A program made the position numbers and the translations under genes. A model generated the notes under the pieces. The model was given only the letters and a program-made list of their open reading frames with translations. It ran no database searches and had not been told where the DNA came from. A stretch of DNA of 64,000 nt from Chrysomallon squamiferum (taxonomy: Eukaryota > Animalia > Mollusca): positions 22,320,001-22,384,000 of the forward strand of contig CM022679.1 of assembly GCA_012295275.1 (NCBI GenBank), in the 5' to 3' direction. Shown piece after piece: positions 41,250-64,000 of this stretch (position 1 is the first letter of the stretch; each line of letters begins with the position of its first letter).

Positions 41250-42500
41250 TTACGTGACTGCTTCTTATAAAATATTTGTTCTTATTTTTTCTTTTATATA
41301 AGTATTTTTATTGAGCTTTTTCAACTGAGTTTTTGTAAACAAACACCGTTTTTTTTTTGTTTTTTTTTTACCAGTGTTATGTGCGAAAATGTTTGAATAC
41401 TGGTACCTTATAATCTTATGATTTGTACCACATTAAAATAATAATAATAATAATTATTATTATTATTATAATAAAAAAAACTGAATAAATAAATAAAACA
41501 AAATACTCGTATCTCATGAATGTGGTGGAATCAGTTTGAGTTTATAAATGATAAAGATAACTTTTTATCAAAAGAGGAAAGTTATTAAACAGTTTTTGTA
41601 TGGTACAGTATAAAAAAATGAATGTGGATATGAATTTTAGTCACATAAAAATCTTTAAAATTAACATCCTTTCCAGAACCTGTTAGCAATATTTAGGTTA
41701 CTGGATGAGTATTTTAAATATCTGAAATTTTAGAAAATAACACGTTTTCAACTAAAACACATAAATAAAAATTACTTATCTGAACGCTATTTATTTGTTT
41801 TAACGCTATCTTTTCAACACCTACTTAAAATGTATTTGTACAAAATGACCCAGACTTTTAATTACGCAAGATTAAATAATAAAACACTGTTTTTCACAGA
41901 TTCAAATTGTTACATAAGACTGAGTAAATAGCTTTACATTATTAGGTGCTTTTTTGTTGTTTTTTCTGGGGGTTTTCTGGATTTTTTTTAGTGCGATGTA
42001 CAGTTAATTTACATTTTTTTATACCTTATTATCTATACATTAATCTAAAAATGTTAAGAAAAAAATAATTTTTGATTTTTAAATCTATTTATTGTGTGAG
42101 TCTTAATTTTCGATATGGTATAAATGAAAACCAGAAACTTCAGAATTGTCTCACGATTGGTTACTTTAGCGGCTGTGAAATCCTGTTTTTATCACCTCCG
42201 TCCATGGGTTTACTTACTTTATCTAATCTCAGTGTATTTATTACTGCTGATATCGAGGTTTGGTTCAAACAAAGGCAAGACTGTGATCTGTATATTTTAT
42301 GAGTGTAAAAAAAGAATTCGAGATGTTTTGAAATGTTTATTGATCAGCTAGATTTGTATTACACTTTGATACTGTGCTGTAGATTATTTTTCATTTTTTA
42401 TTAAAGTTTTTTTGTTGTTTTTTATATATAGATAGAGAGATAGATTATATTAGTTAAAATTTGTTATCACGTCTACACTTGGGTAATACTACACAGAAAT
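41250..42500 (+). repeat. Direct repeat R2 (partner R1 at ~27600-28620)
   Basis: Core 42186-42383 matches 28277-28474. The ORF track reflects this with near-identical spurious peptides FYHLRPWV.LLYLISVYLLLLISRF..NKGKTVICIF. Confidence 0.85.
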
Positions 42501-43744
42501 GTAATAGAAAAAACAAAAATAAAAACACGATACGTCATTTCCAGTATTTTGGTAAGATGGAGTTAAACGATTTCTTGTCCCTAATCATAAAAGAGTAGTC
42601 TTTCTTGAATCAATCATTATACAAAACAGTCAACTGAAGCCAAACAGCAGTTAATATTATAACGTTCTGATGTGTCAGTAACCATTCATTCATTCGCCCA
42701 GTATCCATCCATTCACGTAAAATATGTTAACGTATTCTTAAACAAACGTCCACTCAGCGTTTTCCTAATTAATGTTTATATGTACTGGTCTCAGCAGAAC
42801 TGACATTCTGATGAGTCAGTCTAACGACGTCTTTATGAGCCTCTTCCTTTTTCTCTGCTTGAATTTCCAGCGTTTAGAAGTGTTTACGCATGTTCTGGCA
42901 GTATCTGGTTAAGGAGCGTTTGAAAAACAGAAACGTCCATAACGTGATGATGCAAATTCATGAGAAAAAGAACATCTACAGTCTTTTAGAAATTGGAGAA
43001 TACTGGATTTGGTATTAATATCAAATTATAGACAAGAAAAAGTCGATGATGATGGCAAGACGGATAGAGATTCTTCAGAAAGGAATAAAGACCGTGTTTT
43101 AGCTACTTTGTAATTTGTACTGAACTGGATTTGAAATTAATATCAATTGACAGAAAAGAGGATGATGACGAAAAGAAGAACGTTAAGATGATGATGATAT
43201 GATGATGATGACGATGACGATGGTGCAAATCAACAAGAAGAAAAAGGAATAGAAGAATAAAGCAAGATATTGGTGATGATAAGAAGAGGAAAGAACTTAT
43301 CATCATGAATTTATCATCATCATTTCAATACAAATGACAATGATGATGGTATTGTTAATGAAAAAAATTACAAAATGATATTAATAAAAATAAAGAGGTC
43401 ATGATGATGATGAAGAAGATAAATATAGAGAGGTTTATGATGATGATGATGATGACGATGATCATAAAATAGTGTCATGATGATGATGATGATGAAAATA
43501 AAGATAAATACAATGGTTGAGGAAACCAAGAAGAGAAACGAAGAGAAGAAGAAACTGATGTTGATGATGAGAAGGCGAAAGGAAGAACAGATAATGAAAA
43601 AAAGAGAGAATGAAATAAAATACAAAATGTCGATAACTATGGCAATGATGTATCGACAGTCTAGAATAAAAAGCAATATAAAAACAGTCTAGGAGTAGTC
43701 TAGTTTCCTGTACCTTAAAACAGGACGTGATTAATGAAATAAAA

Positions 43745-43801
<57 letters not shown>

Positions 43802-44738
43802 TGATGATAATAATGGTGATGGTGATGATGATGATGAGGATGATGACAATAATAATAAATAAATAAATAAAAATATATATAAATAACAATAACTAACTAA
43901 ATAAATATATATATATATATAAATATATAAATAAAAAATAAATAAATATAAAAGAAATAACATTAAAAACTGTAGACGTTTTCTCACGCCAAACAATTAC
44001 CATAATATACGGTCGAGGTGAATTCAGTTTCAAATAATTCATCTCACATTTTCAGTGATACTTTTGTACTTTCCTTTCGACAACTTTGAGTACAGGTATT
44101 TGAGTTGAAAAAAAAAAAAAAAAAAAAAAAACATAATATTTATATGAAATTCAGTTACAGCAATAAAATTATTCTAACCGCCCCTTCTCCTGTGTGAAAA
44201 TATTCACGTGATATTCATGAATATTAAACATCATTAAGCTGGCAGTGACGATATTCCTACTCGCAGTGTCCGGCGAGTCGAGTTTTCGACGACAGCAATT
44301 AAAAACAACAACAGCAAACAAGCCTGGTGAGGCTGTTATCGCTTCCGTGGAGTATTATCGCATCAAGTTCATTGAACTTTAGTTTTAACTACGACGATTT
44401 CGCTTCTAACAGCGTCTGGTTCTAATTTCTATGTTTGTAAGGCGATAGCGGCAAGGTCAAGACCAGACGAGAAAACATAATAGCCGGCACGACAACGTGT
44501 AGTTACAGTCAGTGTAGTGTGGCTTTGAAGCGTTCAACGGAGAAAAGTTAGCGGAATACCTTGTTTCGTTTACGACATTAAATTATAAAATTGTTATTTG
44601 CTTACGAAATTCTGAAAAATACTATTCGTAAAAGATACCGATACAAAATTTTATCGCAGCTTTTGGATCTTGCGAACTTCGTCGAATGATATAAACGACT
44701 GCCCAGTTAGGAACTGTTTCAGAAAGTCGCTGCTAAAG

Positions 44739-44782
44739 GTCAGTTCAACGATTGTCGCCGACTTCTAACAGCAAAAGACAAG
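44739..44782 (+). promoter_or_regulatory. Putative initiator (TCAGTT) and short 5' UTR shared by both SLC5 copies
   Basis: gtcagttcaacgattgtcgccgacttctaacagcaa(a/g)agacaagATG differs by one base from the reverse complement at 38721-38764. TCAGTT at 44740-44745 fits the protostome Inr consensus. Confidence 0.45.
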
Positions 44783-59098
<14,316 letters not shown>

Positions 59099-59181
59099 AG
59101 CGAGAGCCAAGGAACACATCTGTAAATATCAAGCACAGTGTTAGCTGTTGTTTGTTACATTAAGAAACTACGCACATCAAC

Positions 59182-59212
<31 letters not shown>

Positions 59213-60742
59213 TATATATAATGTCTGATAACATTGTATATCTGAAACAATCTGCTTAACATTTAAAGCTATTTTTCTAATGGATGTTTGGTGAAATAAC
59301 CAAACTGTTCTGGAGAGGTCAAAGTTCATGCAATCAAATTACGTTTAATTTGAATAAGCTTTAATGTACTGATAATATTTTCTTGCTTGAAAAATTAATG
59401 ATGTTTGAAATAAATGAAATAAATGAAAAAATCTTGTTGTTTTTTTTCTTCTTCTTTTTTTTTTTAGTGATGAACGTTTATAGTTTAGTTTTATCGACGT
59501 CGTTTTAGAAATGAAAAAAAAAAATTAAAATATTAAACTTGCATAATTAGAATAAATAAATATTAATTGGTTAGAAGTTGGCATATAATAAGTATCTAAA
59601 AAAAAAAGAATTGAAAAAATAAAATAATAAAATAAAATAATTACATTTTTTTTTAAAAAGAAAAGATTAAAATATTTATGAGACAATTTGGCAACTAAAA
59701 AATATATTCAGTAGACCATTTGTTCTGCTTTTGTTGTTGTTTTTTTTGGCTAAAACATGTCTGTGTGTATACTGACAAAACAATTTATGATTAACAAAGA
59801 TAAGATTTCAAAGCTACAAATCTTTAAGTCTATAAAATAAATTCAGGACATGTTAATGTAACAAAGAAGGTATACTTTCAGCAACCATTCAAAATGTTTG
59901 ACAAAATGATATTGGCCAGATGCAACATTAAGGACCTTGAGATTCTGATACAAAACCTCAAGTTACTGCTTTTTCTTTTTGTTATTGTTATTGTTGTTGT
60001 TACCATAGTTATTGTTTCATTCAATTTCTTTTCTATCAAGTGAAAGTAAAAATCTAAATTGAGAGATAAAACAAAAAGATGTCAAAATGTTTTAAATAAT
60101 TTATTCAGTATAGATATTTATGCATATATTGTCACATTTCTAATGTAAGTTACAGGATAACATTACATTTTCAAACATATAGTTTAAAACATTCAAAAAT
60201 GAATACTGCTTCATAAAAAGTAAAAAAGTTAAAAACACCTGCACCAGTAATAAGATTACATGACTCTCTCAGCTGTGGGACAAAAATATTCTGAAACTAA
60301 TTTAATTTAAAAAGCAATTTAGTTAATAATGACTTTCTTGAAAAAATAAAAAAAATCATAAAATAAATCATAATAAAAAATAAATCAATCAATCAAAATA
60401 TAAAAAAATAAATAAAAAATACATTGTGGTATTAATAATCAAAAATAGAAACAAAATAACTTAATAATGAAAATAAATCAAAATAAAACTCTACTCATAA
60501 TTTAACATCTAATAATAGTCTTTTAAGCTGTCTCAAATGTATATAGATAAGAGTTGTCTCAAACACAGAATTAAACCAAAACACATGAGGCAATGACTCC
60601 AACTGACTTCTGTGACCTTAGCTCTCAAGTTTTCATGAAGAATGTTGGACTGAAAGTGGGGTTACTTACAGTGTAGTCATGGTGACATGAACATAATCTA
60701 AATATTTGCTGTATGCATTCTGGTACATGCTGTTGGTGGAAA

Positions 60743-60955
60743 TTTTTCTGTTAACAACAAAGTGAGACAGTAATGATACAAGCTTCTGGTAAGGATTTAT
60801 ATTAGCTGGAAATTCGATTCTTGATGTTGTTTGTGTATATATGTATGTGTGTGTGTGTGTGTGTGTGTTTGTATGTGTGAGTGTGTGTGTGTGTACATAT
60901 GTATGTATACATATATATGTGTATACACACACACACACACACACATTTATCCATA

Positions 60956-60991
<36 letters not shown>

Positions 60992-61093
60992 CTTATATTC
61001 ATACACAAACATCAAGAATCAAATTTCCAGCTAACATGAATCCTTACCAGAAGATTGTATCATTACTGCCACACTTTATTGTTAACAGAAAAA
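60743..61093. repeat. Long inverted repeat / fold-back hairpin (86-bp unique arms plus (TG)n/(CA)n inner arms)
   Basis: 60743-60828 is the reverse complement of 61008-61093 with 7 mismatches and no gaps. The interior is TG repeats followed by CA repeats, which can also pair. Confidence 0.92.
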
Positions 61094-61511
61094 GTCATAC
61101 ATACAAAGTGACATCATAAAACAAGCTAAAAATACTAGCCTCAAACATATGTTATGCATTTCTGTGTCTCTTATTTTACTGCTACACTTGATTATTAAAA
61201 AGGCTGGTTCTGAGTTAAAAATCAAATTATTGCTTGGAAGTGTATGAAATCTGATTATGTTGTGTGTTCACACACACACACACACACACAAAAAGTACAC
61301 TTTAAGTTACACACATAATATATATGTAGATAATATTGAAAAAAAGCCAATACAATTCTTTATTTAAAATAAATCACTTCTTGAAATTCACCTAAATTAT
61401 GTGACCATCTCTTACACCTGATATAATTAATAATAATTTATAAATGTTACAGATTAAAGCCTATCATACCACATCAAAAATAAAACATTCACACTTAGAT
61501 GTAAACATCAA

Positions 61512-63692
61512 TCACAGTTCTGTGTGTCGCTCCATGGCTTTGTCTACAATTTTTTTAAGGTCTGCATGTAGTTTCTTCACCTGAAAAAAGAAAAGCCAGA
61601 TAATCCAAAGTTACTTATAAATATGTATGTGTGTATGAGTAGATGGGTAGATATATTTGAATGCATCAGTTTTCATTTTGCATATATAAATATGATTATA
61701 AAACAGTCATAAGTGAAATAAGAAAAGAAGAGCTTACTGCCCTCCCCCCCAAAAAACCCCAATATATATATATATATATATTCATGCTATTGTTTTTGAT
61801 CTTGTAACACATGTTTATGTGTATTTTTTATTTGTTCTTTATTTAAAGGTTATTTTTCTTTTTTCTTTTTTGGGGCTGTATCCTCTTTTGTTTCACTTAT
61901 GACTGATTTATAATCATATGTATATATGCACAATGAAAAATCCTGCATTTAAATATATCTACCTACCTACCTACACACACACACTATTCAAAAGAAGATA
62001 AAGGTCAAAGTAACATTTTTTGAACTTTTGGGAACTGTTTTTTTTTCAGGCCAGATAGCGTTAGAATTTTAACCTTTGGACTAAAGACATTACATTATTT
62101 CGGGGCATGCAATCACTGCCCTTATCTTTAAGTTATCCGACAGATTTCCTTTTCATGGATATGAAACAAAAACAGACTAAAGTGACAACCTGCCTCAATA
62201 CACCCAGTGCAAGACCTCATGCACCATCTGCAGGTGATTTGCATGAGTGTAATTCAATGGCAATTTTAGCAATACAAGGGATGTGCATTTTCCTTTCATC
62301 ATCACTTTCAATTTGCAGGACAGGGGAAGGGTCATTGGCTTAGTTTTATTTGCAGAAATATTTTTCACCCTTGACTTCTTTTCAGTAGTATATATTCACA
62401 ACTAATAAATTTAGCTTTTTGAGTATTAATATTATAACTTAAAACTAACCACCTCCTGTCCCCAATTTATATTTTATTGTTGAAAAAAAGTTGATTTAAA
62501 AAAAAAATACCTTATGTCCATAACTTTTTTCTTTTTCTTCAAGCTCTAGGTGTTTTTCATTATATTCACCATCACCATCTTTCAGTGACTGTTTTGAGTA
62601 ATACACCTGCTCTTTTATGTATTCATGTTTCGAAATTCGATGTTCAAAATGTTTCAGCTCCTTCTGAAAATGGAACCAAGAGAAAAAAAAAAAAAACATT
62701 TAGAATCATATAAATATCTACCAATGTTGCAGGAAGAAATTATTAAACTATTTAGAAATTATAAATGTTATATTACTTCAGTTCAGTCTGGAGATGTCAA
62801 ATGGAATTATACAGAATATTACATAACATGGTAGATGAAATCGGCTATTAATGTAATAAATTTGAAAATAATTTAAATTTCATACTAGATATCAGAAACT
62901 AAGATTTCAGAGCTGGCTTCTTTTTTTTTTAAACTTAAAATTTATAAATGGGCAGCTACATATTTTTGATCATGAACTTAAATTCTTTACAAAAGTTACA
63001 ACTGATTCACTCAAGCAGTATGTGTTGTGTTTTTTTTTTTTTTCTGCCAAATCCCAACACAAAATATTATTTCCTATAACAGAGTTTTGTGAGCCACTAA
63101 CTGTAACATATTACATCCATTATGATACACTCTTTGTTCATCCCACTGAACAACACTGAAACAATCACTTGTTGGTATATTAAAACAACAGGTAACTCAC
63201 CTTAAACGACTCCAATTCAGAGTCACTCATGTTTGCTTTTTTAGCAAGAGCCCAGAGCTGGTAGACTCGAGGATCCTCGAATTCTAAATCCTTTTTAACA
63301 CTAAGACTCTCCAGTTTCAGATAGCCATTCTTGATCTTCTTGTGGACATTTTTCAGACTAGCGTGTTTCTCCTTCAGTGTGTCAGGATCCAGCTCCTTTT
63401 TCTTGAAACGTTCTATAGAATTTTCCGATATATCTGGTAATGGAGGATATGGAAATGTTAACATTCTGCCTCATAAATTATAAGACTGATGCATTTTTGT
63501 GTTTATATACACATATGTGTGTTCCATATGTGTGCCTGTGTGTCTAGATAATATGTAAATACATATGTATATTTATATATGTGCATGTATTCTTACCTTC
63601 AATTTCACCTATCTCTACTTGAAGAGTATTATACTCATCCAGTTTCATCTGCTGATGCCAGAATTCCTGTTTCAATTTATCTAATTCTTCAG
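61512..63692 (-). CDS. LRPAP1: Alpha-2-macroglobulin receptor-associated protein (RAP), last four exons; 5' part lies beyond the window
   Basis: Exons 63597-63692, 63201-63433, 62511-62663 and 61512-61580 splice in frame. They encode EELDKLKQEFWHQQMKLDEYN (D2), EFEDPRVYQLWALAKKANMSDSELESFKKELKHFEHRISKH (D3) and YGHKVKKLHADLKKIVDKAMERHTEL*. The C-terminal HTEL is an ER-retention signal (HNEL in human RAP). Confidence 0.93.
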
Positions 63693-64000
63693 CTAGAATA
63701 AAAAAAAAATATTCAAAAATAAAATTAATTATAAGAAAAAGAAAGAAGAAAATTAAAATATTAGAATATTTTATCATGCAGTTACTTTAGGTAGTGGCAA
63801 AATATGATGACTAGATAAATTTATATATTACTGTTTTTGTTTATTAATTTCATTATTATTTTTATTAAAAACATTAAGCTTTTTTGGGACAGAACTTTGA
63901 TAAATTGCTTGTTATTTACATATCTATATATCATTATCAAAAAAAACAAAACAACATATGATAAATGTTTTTATTTTAAAAATAACTAAATTGTTGCTTC

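Noticed and set aside
44235-44360. GC-richer stretch upstream of copy B as a tRNA or SINE head
   Set aside because: No cloverleaf and no convincing A/B boxes.
62107-62343. 78-aa ORF inside the last LRPAP1 intron
   Set aside because: No recognisable domain or splice context; it is antisense intronic sequence.

Overview
Eukaryotic animal DNA, very AT-rich and dense in microsatellites. It is probably a mollusc or other lophotrochozoan, but that is inference. Most ORF-track entries are microsatellite artefacts; the real genes are spliced and I rebuilt them by hand from GT-AG boundaries and reading frame. From left to right: (1) the terminal exon of an NHL/six-bladed beta-propeller protein (+, 296-1164); (2) a complete polycystin-2 gene PKD2 (+, ATG 9682, 13 core coding exons plus three candidate alternative terminal exons, about 860-867 aa); (3) two intact 15-exon SLC5A5/6/8/12-type sodium:solute symporter paralogues arranged head-to-head (copy A, minus, 29883-38720, 625 aa; copy B, plus, 44783-59098, 634 aa); (4) the last four exons of LRPAP1/RAP (minus, ending HTEL*). 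The most notable observations are: the symporter pair looks like a tandem duplication followed by an inversion, with a ~1 kb direct repeat left behind; the pair shows patchwork gene conversion over the transport core while an extracellular loop has diverged; PKD2 has candidate stop-bearing micro-exons that would switch its C-terminal PDZ ligand (SSEV* vs TTTL*); PKD2 exon junctions have been locally duplicated three times; and a 351-nt near-perfect hairpin with strand-biased G.U pairs lies downstream of LRPAP1. No rRNA, tRNA or CRISPR array is supported.
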